Shown here: in pieces, positions 21,961 through 34,723 of the stretch
How positions within the stretch are numbered: the first letter of the stretch is position 1
Layout: each line of letters begins with the position of its first letter
Assembly (NCBI GenBank): GCA_038087875.1
Contig: CM075997.1
Location: forward strand, 1,428,001-1,492,000
DNA: 64,000 nucleotides
DNA from: Malacoraja senta
Taxonomy: Eukaryota
Direction: 5' to 3'
Position numbers and translations under genes: made by a program
The notes under the pieces: generated by a model
Database searches by the model: none
What the model saw: only the letters and a program-made list of their open reading frames with translations
What the model was told of the DNA's origin: nothing

Positions 21961-24361
21961 CGCCAACACAGAGTGAGACCGCACACAGCTTGGAAACAGG
22001 CCCTTCAGCCCAAATTGCCCACCCCAACAAAAACGTCCCATTTACACTAGTCCCACCTGCCTGCATTTGGCCCATATCCCTCCAAACCTGTCCTATCCAC
22101 GTACCTGTCTAAATGTTTCTTAAACATTGGGATAGTACCAGCCTCAACTACCTCATCTGGCAGCTTGTTCCATACATCCACCACCCTTTGTGGGGAAAAG
22201 TTACCCCTCAGGTTCCTATTAAATCTCCCCCCCCCTCCCTTCACCTTAAACCTATGTCCTCTGGTTCTTGATTCCCCTTCTCTGGGTAAAAAATCGGATC
22301 TATTTTTCTCCTTTTTCTATTTTGTACTCCTCGATCGCCCCTCATCCCTCCTGCGCTCCAAGGAATACAGTCCTAGCCTGTTCAACCACTCCCTGTAGCT
22401 CAGTCTGAAGACATGTGGAATGTGAAGGCATATTGCCTTCATTGCGAGAAGAATTTCAGTTTAGGAGCAAGGAGGTCCTACTGCAGTTGTACAGGGCCCA
22501 TGGTGAGACGCACCTGGAGTATTGCGTGCAATTTTGGTCTCCTAATTTGAGGAAGGACAGGATTGCTATTGAGGGAGTTCACCAGGTTAATCCCCGGGAT
22601 GGCGGAGGAGTCCAGAACCAGGGGAGGGGTCACAGTTTAAGAATAAGGGGTCGGCCATTTAGGACTGAGATGGGGACAAACTTTTTTACCCAGAGAGTTG
22701 TGAATTTGTGGAATTCTCTGCCACAGAAGGCAGTGGAGGCCAATTCACTGGATGTTTTCAAGAGAGAGTTAGATTTAGCGCTCAGGGCTAAGGGAATGAA
22801 GAGATGTGGTACCAGGAACGGGGTACTGTTTTTGGATGATCAGCCATGATCATATTGAATGGCGGTGCAGGCTCGAAGGGCCGAATTGGCATATTCTTGC
22901 ACCTAATTTCTTTGTTTATATGTTTCTATGTCAGGGTGAATAGGTCAGGAAGACACATTATTGGCAACAGAGCTGATTTGGGAGGCTTCCATCCAGAGTG
23001 ACGGCCAACTCTAATCACTAAAGATTCCCGCAGGCCAATTTTGTCCATCTCATTCCTCACGATACAACATAACTTTATTTACTTTATTTATGAATAGGCA
23101 TGAACTGCAGATGCTGGATTAAACCGAAGACAGACACAAAAAGCCGGAGTAACTCAGCAGGATAGGCAGCATCTCTGGAGAGAAGGAATGGGTGGAGATT
23201 GGGTTTCGGGTCGAGATCATTCTTCAAAGGAGGGAAATTTGTCTGCCAACAGTCATAAAACACAACAAGATACATGAAACATGAAATTAAAGTGACGAGT
23301 GGAAAGTCCAGGATCGGGGATGTGCAAAGATTGGGGGAGGGGGGCAGTCAGACTACCCCACGACAGAAGGGGGAGTTGTACAGTTTGATGGCCACAGAGA
23401 AGAAGGATCTCCTGTGGCGTTCTGTGCTGCATCTTGGTGGAACCAGTCTGTTGCTGAAGGTGCTCCTCAGGTTGACCAGTGTGTCATGGAGGGGATGGGC
23501 TGTATTGTCCAAGATGCTCTGCAGTTTGAGGAGCATCCTCGCCTCCACGACCTCCTCCCATGAACCATTTCCCTTTCATTTGACGGGTGGCACGATGGTG
23601 CAGCAGTAGAGACACTGCCTGGCAACACCAGGGACGCGGGTTCAATCCTGACTATGGGTGCTGGTCTGTATATTTGTATATTCTCCCCGTGACCTGCGTG
23701 GGTTTACAAATCAATGGGGTGTAAGGTGCCCAAGCAAAATATGAGGTGCTGTTCCTCCAATTTGCGTTGGGCCTCACTCTGACAATGGAGGAGGGCCAGG
23801 ACAGAAAGGCCAGTGTGGGAATGGGAGGGGAAGTTAAAGTGTTTGGCAACCGGGAGATGGTGGGGGGGGGGGGGGGGGGTGGGAGGGGGGAGGTTGGACT
23901 GAGGGGAACTTCTCAAATCTGTGGAATTCTTCACCACAGAAGGGAGTGGAGGTCAATTCACGGGATATTTTCAAGAGAGAGCTAGATTTAGCTCTTAGGG
24001 CTAACCCAATCAAGGGATATGGGGAGAAAGCAGGAACGGGGTACTGATTTTAGATGATCATCCATGATCACATTGAATGATGATGCCGGCTCGAAGGGCC
24101 GAATGGCCTACTCCTGCACCTATTTTCTATATGTCTATGGTTTCTATGTAAGGAATGGGTGACGTTTCGTGTCGAAATCCTTCTTCAGTCTGTAGAACTG
24201 TCTGTAGAAATGTAGAGTCTGAAGAAGGGTCTCAACCGGAAACGTCACCCATTCCTTCTCTCCCAGAGATGCTGCCTGTCCCGCTGAGTTACTCCAGTAT
24301 TTTATGTTTAATTTGACTCCTCTGTCCAATCCACCCGCGGCCCCGTCTAATGCACGGCCTC

Positions 24362-24493
24362 TCAGATAACGTTGCGATTGGTGCCGGCGGCTGCAGCTTT
24401 CCGGGTTGAATAGCCGGCCTGGTGGACTTTGTTTCTCTGCTCGGCCTCCTGGTAGCCCCTCTTCATTGTGCTGGTCAGGTAGTCGAACAGGCA
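24362..24493 (-). CDS. GbX: Globin X, last coding exon (H helix and C-terminal extension)
   Basis: Acceptor ttgcttgcacag, phase 0. CLFDYLTSTMKRGYQEAEQRNKVHQAGYSTRKAAAAGTNRNVI*. An intron inside helix H (H10.0) is characteristic of globin X. Confidence 0.88.
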   Translation of the reverse strand, partial: CLFDYLTSTMKRGYQEAEQRNKVHQAGYSTRKAAAAGTNRNVI

Positions 24494-25007
24494 CTGTGCA
24501 AGCAAAGGCATAGAGTCACAGAGTGATACAATGTGGAAACAGGCCCTTCGGCCCCGCTTGCCCACACCGGCCAACATGTCCCAGCTACACTAGTCCCAAT
24601 TGCCCATGCTTGGCCCATATCCCTCCAAACTTGTCCTATCCATGTACCTGTCCAACTGTTTCTTAAAACGTTGGGATAGTCCAGCTTCAACTACCTCCTC
24701 TGGCAGCTTGTTCCATACATCCACCACTCTTTGTGTGAAAAGAGGCTGCGGTTATTCTACACGCACTCCCAGGATCGACCCCCCACTCCCCTAACGCTCT
24801 CCCTCATCTCCCCCCTCCTCCTCCCCCTTCTCGTAACTCCCTCCCTCATCTCATTCACTCTTTCCACGTCCCGTAACACCCACCCCGTCTCACTCACTTC
24901 GCCCTCTGGTAAATCCCTCTCCATTTCATTAAATGGGGTAGCAGGTCTGAGAGGGGCTGAGTGGTCCCGTCCCGCTCCTGTTGCCCATGTTCCTGTTTAA
25001 AGCCTAC

Positions 25008-25088
25008 CTCCCACGCGTGCTCCACCTCCGCTGTCCATTGTTCCTTCAGTATTGGTTTGACCACCGCGATGAACTGCGCCCCGATGTA
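25008..25088 (-). CDS. GbX: Globin X, penultimate coding exon (G helix to start of H)
   Basis: 81 nt, ctgcttctcctcag / gtaggc, phase 0/0. YIGAQFIAVVKPILKEQWTAEVEHAWE matches the globin X pattern YVGAEFI.AV.PILK..WT.E.E.AW and begins at the G7.0 intron. Confidence 0.9.
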
Positions 25089-26250
25089 CTGAGGAGAAGC
25101 AGGAGGACAAGGTTATTAATTAACCCGTCCCGTCCCAACAAATGGCACGTTGGCCTTCATAACAAGAAGAGTTGAGTACAGGAGCAAAGAGCTCCTTCTA
25201 CAGTTGTACAGGGCCCTAGTGAGACCACACCTGGAGTATTGTGTGCAGTTTTGGTCTCCAAATTTGAGGAAGGACATTCTTGCTATTGAGGGAGTGCAGC
25301 ATATGTTCACGAGGTATAATTCCTGGGATGGCGGGACTGTCATATGTTGAAAGAATGGAGCGACTGGGCTTGTATACCCTGGAATTTAGAAGGATGAGAG
25401 GGGATCTTATTGAAACACATATGATCATGGCTGATCATCCAAAATCAGTACCCCAATTCCTGCTTTCTCCCCAGATCCCTCGATTCCCTTTGCCCACATC
25501 AATCATTTCCTATTTTAACCCTATTCTCCTGCCTTCCCGTGACACCTGCACTAATCAAGAATCTAACTGTCTCTGCCTTAAAAGTGTGAATGGGTGATCG
25601 ATGGACAGCGTGGACTCGACGGGCCGAAGGGCCTGTTTCCATTCCTCATCTCTCAACTAAACCAAACAATACCAACACCCAAAAAGACACAAAAGGCTGG
25701 AGTCAAATGTTTAGTTTAGTTTAACCTGAAGAAGGGTCTCGACCCGAAAGGTCACCCATTCCTTCTCTCCAGAGATGCTGCCTGTCCCGCTGAGTTACTC
25801 CAGCATTTTGTGTCCACCTTTAGTTTAGTTTAGTTTTGTTTAGAGATACAGCGTGGAAACAGGCCCTAGGGCCCACCAAGCGCACAGACCCGGCCAATCC
25901 CTCATATTAACACTTCAGGCCCCTTCAGCCCCACCGAGTCCATGCTGACCATCGATCACCCCATACACTAGCAATATCCTACACAATGAGGGACAATTTA
26001 CCATATTTACCGTAGCCAATTAACATACAAACCTATTCACCTTTGGAGTGTGGGAGGAAACCGGAGCACCTGGAGAAAACCCACGCTGTCACGGGAGAAC
26101 GTACAAACGCTGTACAGACAGGGTTGTTGGTGATAGGTGCAGGCGTAAAGGGCCAAAGGGCCTTAGAGTCTATAACACTCGTTAAACGATAGTTGCAAAC
26201 CTAGTCTTCTAAAAGGGTCCTGGACCCGATAAATATAACCTATCCATGTT

Positions 26251-26450
26251 NNNNNNNNNNNNNNNNNNNNNNNNNNNNNNNNNNNNNNNNNNNNNNNNNN
26301 NNNNNNNNNNNNNNNNNNNNNNNNNNNNNNNNNNNNNNNNNNNNNNNNNNNNNNNNNNNNNNNNNNNNNNNNNNNNNNNNNNNNNNNNNNNNNNNNNNNN
26401 NNNNNNNNNNNNNNNNNNNNNNNNNNNNNNNNNNNNNNNNNNNNNNNNNN
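26251..26450. other. Assembly gap (200 N)
   Basis: Run of exactly 200 N, which looks like a placeholder size. Confidence 0.99.
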
Positions 26451-27569
26451 TATCCCTGGAAAAGTACCTCCCAGTCCTGGGTCACAGCATAAAAGAGGAA
26501 AGAAGCTGTTCCCGAATCTGGCGGAACGTGCATTCGAGCCTTGGTATCTTCTGCCAGACGGGAGAGGGGAGAAGAGGGAATGACCGGGCGGTCCTTGGAT
26601 ACGTTGGCTGCTTTCCCGAGGCAGCGTGAATCATCGCAAGGTCGGTGGGAGTCAGAGAGAGAAGATTGTTAAGGGCTTGGACACGCTAGAGGCAGGAAAC
26701 ATGTTCCCGATGTTGGGGGAGTCCAGAACCAGGGGCCACACAGTTTAAGAATAAGGAGTAAGCCATTTAGAACGGAGACGAGGAAACACTTTTTCTCACA
26801 GAGAGTGGTGAGTCTGTGGAATTCTCTGCCTCAGAGGCAGGTTCTCTGGATGCTTTCAAGAGAGAGCTCGATAGGGCTCTTAAAGATAGCGGACACAGGG
26901 GATATGGGGAGAAGGCAGGAACGGGGTACTGATTGGGGATGATCAGCCATGATCACATTGAATGGCGGTGCTGGCTCAAAGGGCCGAATGGCCTACTCCT
27001 GCACCTATTGTCTATTGTCTATTGTCAATGGTAAGATTTGGAAATCAAGATGAGAAGGTTAAAATCGAGGGGGTAGGAAGGAACTGCAGATGCTGGTTTA
27101 AACCGCAGCCTTTGGTCAAATTGTAAATTGTCCCCAGTGTGTGTGGATAGTGTTAGTGTGCGGGGATCGCTGGTTGGCATGGACTCGGTGGGCCGAAGGG
27201 CCTGTTTCCGCGCTGTATCTCGAAACTAAACAGAAAGAAAAACGAGTCTGCTGTGGGGTACAAGGCAGTCCCCAGTCCCACCTCATCATTCACGCACGGC
27301 TGCTGAATATTAACCCCCACGGATGGTGAACAGTGTGTACGCGAAGGTGCTGGCTACAGGCAGGCGTCAGGAAACAGGTTGACATTTACTAGCGCGGTGA
27401 CATTACCCTTTAAAAAGACAACTTAGCATTAGTGTATTTCCTGCCACTACTGTTGGTTTACAAGCAGCCAGAGTGGAGGGGTGCAATGGCCCCGAGCGCA
27501 CAGCAGTCTCCAGAGAATCGCTGGTTGGCATCGACTGGGGGGTCGCACCAGACAGACACACCCAGACCC

Positions 27570-28680
27570 TGAAGGGGGGGATGAAGGGGGGGGTGATGAG
27601 TGGGGGGGAGGGGGGTGGGGGGATAAGGTGGTGAGGATGAAGGGGAGGGGATGGGTGGGATGAGTGGGGGGAGGGGGGTGGGGGATACGGTGGTGAGGAT
27701 GAAGGGGAGGGGATGAGGGGGGGATGTTGGGGAGGGGGGTGGGGATAAGGTGGTGAGGATGAAGGGGAGGGGATGGGTGGGATGAGTGGGGGGAGGGGGT
27801 GGGGGGATACGGTGGTGAGGATGAAGGGGAGGGGATGAGGGGGGGATGAGTGGGGGGAGGGGGGTGGGGGATAAGGTGGTGAGGATGAAGGGGAGGGGAT
27901 GAGGGGGATGAGTGGGTGGAGGGCGGTGGGGGATAAGGTGGTGAGGATGAAGGGGAGGGGATGGGGGGGGATGTTGGGGGAGGGGGTGGGGGATAAGGTG
28001 GTGAGGATGAAGGGGAGGGGATGAGGGGGGGATGTTGGGGGAGGGGGTGGGGGATACGGTGGTGAGGATGAAGGGGAGGGGATGGGGGGGATGAGTGGGT
28101 GGAGGGGGGTGGGGGATAAGATGGTGAGGATGAAGGGAGGGGATGAGGGGGGGAATGAGTTGGGGGATAAGGTGGTGAGGATGAAGGGGAGGGGGTGGGG
28201 GTTGGTGAGGGAGAGGGGGGTGGTGGGGGATAAGGTGGTGAGGATGAAGGGGAGGGGATGGGGGGGATGAGTGGGTGGAGGGGGTGGGGATAAGATGGTG
28301 AGGATGAAGGGGAGGGGATGAGGGGGGGGATGAGTTGGGGGATAAGGTGGTGAGGATGAAGGGGAGGGGGTGGGGGGTGGTGAGGAGAGGGGGGTGGTGG
28401 GGAAGGGGGGTAGGTGAGGGGGGATGAGGTGGGGTGAGGGTCTGAAGGGGAGGGGATGAGGGGTGAGGGGGTGAAGGGGAGGGGTTGAGGGGGGATGAGG
28501 GAGAAGGGGTGGGGGGTGAGGGAAGGGGGGATGGTGGGGATGGGGGGAGGGGGATGAGGTCTGAAGGGGAGGGGAGATGGGGGTGAGGAGGTGAAGGGAG
28601 GGAGGGGGTGGGAGGGTGTGAGGGAGAAGGGGTGGGGGTGGGGGGGGAGGTGGGGTGGGGTGAGGGTGGGTGGGGATGTA
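27570..28680. repeat. G-rich minisatellite (about 60-bp unit) decaying into low-complexity GGGGA/GGGT sequence
   Basis: Core GGGGATAAGGTGGTGAGGATGAAGGGGAGGGGATG recurs about a dozen times. The + strand is almost free of C. Confidence 0.9.
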
Positions 28681-31557
28681 ACTGACTCACATAACTCTGA
28701 CTAGGCCTGTGTAAGTTGCATTGTGTGTGTGTACAGTAGGTATATGAATGGGAGAGGGGCAAGTGTGCATGTGTATAAGAGTGAGTGTGTGTGTGTGTGT
28801 GTCCTCCCTCACCGCCCCCTCCCTCAGCACCGCCCCTCCCGCAGTGCTGTCTACTCTAACAGTGTGAGATAATTTAAAGCAGCATTTCCCAAGCTGACTT
28901 CACAGATTGTTTATGGCTTGCAGCTTGTGAAATAAATTCCCAGCGATGAACGGAACTAGGGATTAGGCAGTTAATAGCGAGAGGGGGGGGAGATTACAGT
29001 GTTTGCGTCTAAAAATGGAACCTTTCCCAAAGCAAAGGTCAAGCTCCGAGTTCTGGAGGGGATTGTGGAATGGACGCTATGCGATGTGTAGCCTGCTGTG
29101 TGATTCTGTGCCAAGTCCAAGTGTTAGTCATAGAGTTGTACAGCACGGAAACAGGCCCTTCAGCCCATCACTTTCATGCCGTCCAAGTAGCCATATTGTA
29201 CTAACCCAGCCAGGTGGACTGACGGGCCTCTTTCTGTGCTCTACATTTGGAGCTGTGCCTGGATGAGTTTAGTTTTGTTTAGTTTGGAGATACAGCGCAA
29301 CTGCGCCATTGCGCCTTCCGATTGAATGGCAGAACAGTCACGAGGGGCTGAATGGTCTACTTCTGCTGGTGGTTTCATAAACAATGTTTGCTTGCCTTGG
29401 ACTTCACCACAAATTCCTCAACAAGTTCAAAGCTCCAGATCCTCATAACTTTAGCGGCGGTGGTGGACTCAGAAACCTTCAAAATCCATCTCCCCCTGAG
29501 CCCGAGAAAGCGTTTTGAAACTTGGACGTGAAGTTGTGCTGGAAGCCTCTCAATGTAAACAGAGGGGACTGGCTTTCAGGGCCAGATGGTTGACGTGAAG
29601 AAATGTTTTAGAGTGCGGCAGTGGAGAGAACTGACTCCTCACCTACTTACTGAGAGCCAGGGATATAAAGGTCCTAGTCTTGTCTGAAGTTTGCAAGTGC
29701 TTTACAGACAAACGTGTCTGTGTAGTTTAGGGATACAGCACGGAAACAGGCCCTTCGGCCCACCGAGTCTGTGCTGACCAGCGATCCCCGCACTCTAACA
29801 TAAGCCTACACACACTGACTAAGGGCAATTGACACTTATACCAAGTATACAAACCCAAGCCAATTAACCTACAAACCTGCACGTCTTTGGAGTGTGTGGG
29901 AGGAAACCAAAGAACTCGGAGAAAACCCACGCGGGTCACGGGGAGTAGGTACAAACTCCGTACAGACAGCACCCGTGGTCGGGATCGAACTCGGGTCTCT
30001 GGCGCTGCAAGCGCTGTAAGGCAGCAACTCTACCGCCAGCATAATCAAGGACAAGTCGCACCCCGGCCACTCCCTCTTCTCCCCTCTCCCATCAGGCAAG
30101 AGGTACAGAAGTGTGATCACGCACACCTCCAGATTCAGGGACAGTTTCTTCCCAGCTGTTATCAGGCAACTGAACCATCCTACCACAACCAGAGAGCGGT
30201 CCTGAACTACTATCTACATCATTGGTGACCTTTGGACTATTCTCAGGGCATAAGGTCATAAGGAATAGGAATATAATTAGGCCATTTGGCCCATCAAGTA
30301 ATTCAATCAAGGCTGATCTATCTCTCCCTCCTAACCCCATTCTCCTGCCTTCTCCCCGTAACCTCTGACACCCGTACTAATCAAGAATCTATCTATCTCT
30401 GCCTTGAAAATATCCATTGACTTGGCCTCCACAGCCTTCTGTGGCAAAGAATTCCACAGATCCACCACCCTCTGACTAAAGCAATTTCTCTTCATCTCTT
30501 TCCTAAAAGAACATCCTTTAATTTGTGAACATCCTTTAATTCTTGACCCCCACACGCTTACACTACCCTACACACACGAGGGACAATTTACAATTATACC
30601 AAGCCAATTAACCTACAAACCTGTACGTCTTTGGAGTGCGGGAGGAAACCGGAGACCCTGGAGAAAACCCACGCAGGTCATGGGGAGAAGGTACAAACTC
30701 CATACAGACGGCACCCGTAGTCAGGATCGAACCTGGGTCTCTGGCGCTGTGAGGCAGCAACTCTACCGCTGCACCACCCTGTATTTCTACAGCACTAGTG
30801 TTTAATCCCACAACCTTCTACCTCAAAGCAGCTTGTGGTCTCTCTCTCTAAGTGGCTGCCATCTATGATGTCCTTGCTCATTAGGGAAGCCTCCTCTTGG
30901 AATGCTTGTGAATATCTGTGAAGCTGCAGTTTATAGAACGCATTGTAAATATAATGAGGCCGCGTGAATCTGCCCCTCGGGGCTCAGTGAGCTCGTCAGA
31001 CTGGCCTGTGCCTTTGATGTCCACCTCTCTGTGATGTGCGTCCCATATACGCGATGGTATTAATAAACCTCGCGGCACATTGCACGAGATTGTCAGTGGG
31101 GGTTGGGTGTGGAGTGGTGTCCTTTAACACAAATTGACTTACAAATTGGTGACACAAGAAGTGTCTGGCGCTGTGAGGCAGCTACTCCACTGCTACACCA
31201 CCCTGCCGCATGTTATTTCAAAGGGAATAGATCTGGGCCAATATTAGTGGTAGGGATCTTTAAGAGCCCTATCTAGCTCTCTCTTGAAAGTATCCAGAGA
31301 ACCGGCCTCCACCGCCCTCTGAGGCAGAGCCTCACCCCGCCAGAGACCCTTCCACTCCGATGCCCCTCCAATGGGACTGGATACCCTCTGCCTTGCCCCC
31401 CCAAAAGAGCAAAACTCCCTTCGTCGCTAATGCCCTCCAATCAGCCTCTCTCCACTGCCCCTCCAATGGGGCAGGAAATGCTCGGCCTTGCCCCTCCAAT
31501 AGGCCATCAGCCATCTCTGGTGTCCCTCAAATGTTGCGTCAACCACTCTCAGTTACA

Positions 31558-32305
31558 CGTTGGCCTTTATAACAAGAGGAGTCGAGTATAGGAGCAAAGA
31601 GGTCCTTCTGCAGTTGTACAGGGCCCTAGTGAGACCACACCTGGAGTATTGTGTGCAGTTTTGGCCTGTTGGCCTTTATAACAAGAGGAGTCGAGTATAG
31701 GAGCAAAGAGGCCCTTCTGCAGTTGTACAGGGCCCTAGTGAGACCACACCTGGAGTATTGTGTGCAGTTTTGGTCCCCTAATTTCAGCAAGGACATTCTT
31801 GCTATTGAGGGAGTGCAGAGTAGGTTTACAAGGCTAATTCCCGGGATGGTGGGACTGTCATATGCTGAGAGAATAGAGCGGCTGGGCTTGTACACTCTGG
31901 AGTTTAGAAGGATGAGAGGGGATCTTATTGAAACATATAAGATTGTTAAGGGTTTGGACACGCTAGAGGCAGGAAACATGTTCCCGATGTTGGGGGAGTC
32001 CAGAACCAGGGGCCACAGTTTAAGAATAAGGGGTAAGCCATTTAGAACGGAGACGAGGAAACACTTTTGCTCACAGAGAGTTGTGAGTCTGTGGAATTCT
32101 CTGCCTCAGAGTGCGGTGGAGGCCGGTTCTCTGGATACTTTCAAGAGAGCCAGATAGGGCTCTTAAAGATCGTGGAGTCAGGGGATATGGGGAGAAGGCA
32201 GGAACGGGGTACTGATTGGGGATGATCAGCCATGATCACATTGAATGGCGGTGCTGGCTCAAAGGGCCAAATGGCCTACTCCTGCACCTATTGTCTATTG
32301 TCTCT
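31558..32305 (+). mobile_element. CR1 3' fragment with an internal tandem duplication at its 5' end
   Basis: About 104 nt from GTTGGCCTTTATAACAAG are repeated (31560 and 31668, period 108). RT C-terminal ORF 31651-32157; (CTATTGT)n tail. Confidence 0.9.
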
Positions 32306-32552
32306 TGTCTCCCCCCAACAGGGCAGGACCCCCCACTCTGCTGTCCCTCCAAATGGCCACACACCATCTCCTTGCCCCTCCACTGAGGCAAGGCTCCCTC
32401 TCCATTCCCCACCAATGGGGCAACATTCTCTCTCTATACCCCCCTTCAATGGGGCGAAACTCCTCCATTGGGGTATTACCTTCTCTCCAATGCTTCTCCA
32501 ACGGGACATCAACTTCTCTTCGTGCCCCTACCATGGGGCATGCCCCCTCTCG

Positions 32553-33000
32553 GCGAGCCCAAGCGCAGGCTCGGCGATCGTTTCACTGAACAACTCCGCT
32601 CAGTCCGCCTTAACGTACCTGATCTCCCGGTGGCCCCAGCACTTTAACTCCCCCTCCCATTCCCAATCTAACCTTTCTGTCCTGGGCCTCCTCCATTGTC
32701 AGAGTGAGGCCCAACGCAAATTGGAGGAACAGCACCTCATATTTCGCTTGGGTAGTTTACACCCCAGCGGTATGAACATTGACTTCTCCAACTTCAGGTA
32801 GCCCTTGCTTTCCCTCTCCATCCCCTCCCCCTTCCCAGTTCTCCCACTAGTCTTACTGTCTACGCCTACATTCTATCTCTGTCCCACCCCCTCCCCTGAC
32901 ATCAGTCTGAAGAAGGGTCTCGAGCCGAAACGTCACCCATTCCTTCTCTCCAGAGATGCTGCCTGACCCGCTGAGTTACTGCGACATTTTGTGTCTACCC
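32553..33000 (+). mobile_element. Penelope-like element 3' part (GIY-YIG C-terminus and 3' UTR)
   Basis: QHFNSPSHSQSNLSVLGLLHCQSEAQRKLEEQHLIFRLGSLHPSGMNIDF*, followed by the terminal sequence that contains the hammerhead-like core. Confidence 0.85.
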
Positions 33001-34473
33001 TCTCCATCACCCTTCCATTGTGGTATCACCACCGCTCCAATGACCCTCCAATGGGTCATCACCCATCTCCCCACTGCTCCTCCAACCCCTCTTAACCACC
33101 CCCTGCAATGGGGTGGCATGACCACTCTACTGGGCCTTCAATGGGGCACAGCTCCCTCTCCATTGCCCTTTAAATGGGGCGTCAACATCTCACCATGCCC
33201 CATCACCGGGAGATAGATAGCCCCTCTCTGCTGCTCTGTGAGGGGGCAGCGGTCACCCACCCAGCCTTGCCAACACCCCCTAGTGGCAGTGCCCAAGAGG
33301 TGGCCCCCTCCACCCCTATTTAGGGACCTCCCCCCTCCTTGGGACACCCCATGTGGGACCCACCCTGTCAGCCACCTCACTTTAAGATCCCCCCCCCCCC
33401 ATCCCTAGAAACCTAGAAACCTAGAAAATAGGTGCAGGAGGAGGCCATTCGGCCCTTTGAGCCAGCACCACCATTCATTGTGATCATGGCTGATCGTCCC
33501 CAATCAATAACCCGTGCCTGCCTTCTCCCCATATCCCTTGGCTCCACTGGCCCCTAGAGCTCTATCTAACTCTCTCTTAAATCCATCCAGTGACTTGGCC
33601 TCCACTGCCCTCTGTGGCAGGGAATTCCATAAATTCGCAACTCTCTGGGTGAAAAAGTTTTTTCTCACCTCAGTCTTAAATGACCTCCCCTTTATTCTAA
33701 GGCTGTGGCCCCTAGTTCTGGACTCTGGACAAGTGGGACGCAACCTCCCCCGACCTCAGATTCCTCCCCCCCCCCCATCACTGTGGAACACCCCCAATGT
33801 GGGACACCCCCTCTCCCCGCGACCTCCTCCCCCCTCCCCCCCGCTTGTAATCTTGCGATTCCTCCCCCCGCATGAAGGATTTCTCCCCCACCCGGAACCA
33901 TGGGACCCTCACCCCCGTGACCCCCCCCCCCACACTCTGTGATCCAACCCCCCCTACATAAGACCTCCTCCCTCCTTCGTGGGATCACTCCTCATGGGAC
34001 CCACACCTCTTGGGATTCCCCCTCACCCCGAACCATGGGACCCCCCTCCTGTGCCTCTCCCTCCCGTAGAGCCCTGCCCTTCCCCCCCTGAGCCCCCCCC
34101 CATGTGTGACCCAATGCCCCTACATAAGACCCCCCCCGTGGGACCCCCACCCCCACAGGACCCCACACCTTGAGGGATTCCCCACCCCACCCCAAACCAG
34201 GGGACCCATCCAGTGACCCTACCCTGTGTGACCCAATCCCCCTACATAAGACCCCCCTCTCATGGGATACCCCCCCATCCTTGGGACCCCACACCTCGTG
34301 GGATTCCCCCCCCCCCCCGATTCCCCACCCACCCCATATCCCCTTGTACCACCGCACCCTCCACATGACCTCCTCCTCCTTGTGTGAACCCCCAACCCCC
34401 ACCTCTCCCGTCCCCACCCCCCCACCCCACGTGAGCCCTCAAAGCCCCCCCCCCCAACTCTCGTGGGACTGAC

Positions 34474-34522
34474 CTCGGTCGCTAGCTGTGCTTCTACCGG
34501 CCGCCCCCGATCCTTCCGGCAT
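34474..34522 (-). CDS. PLEKHG2: Probable first coding exon of PLEKHG2 (RhoGEF); whole exon 34474-34548
   Basis: Acceptor tttcctcctctcggcctcag, start context GCAACATGC, MPEGSGAAGRSTASDR + G|gtcagt. PLEKHG2 proteins begin MPEG, and PLEKHG2 is a known neighbour of IL15L. Only 16 codons are visible, so the identity is tentative. Confidence 0.5.
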
Positions 34523-34723
34523 GTTGCGCTCGTCACCGTGGGGAGGACCTGAGGCCGAGAGGAGGAAACCATCAGTGGTGGGGATAGGTGAGGGGGCGCG
34601 GGCCGAAGGGTTGGGCGTCCACTCTCCAAAGCTCCATCCCATTCCCAGCCCCAAGGACTGGTGGTTCCCATTAGATGGTGTCCAACACCAAGCGCATTTC
34701 TTCAAGGCTTTGAAACCTCCAGG

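Noticed and set aside
27282..27407. Exon-like segment starting G GTA ATG TCA (RVMS, like globin X exon 3)
   Set aside because: An in-frame stop follows two codons later and there is no further globin similarity.
27458..28762. 434-aa Pro/His-rich ORF
   Set aside because: It is a translation of the C-rich strand of a minisatellite, with a non-ATG start and no domain.
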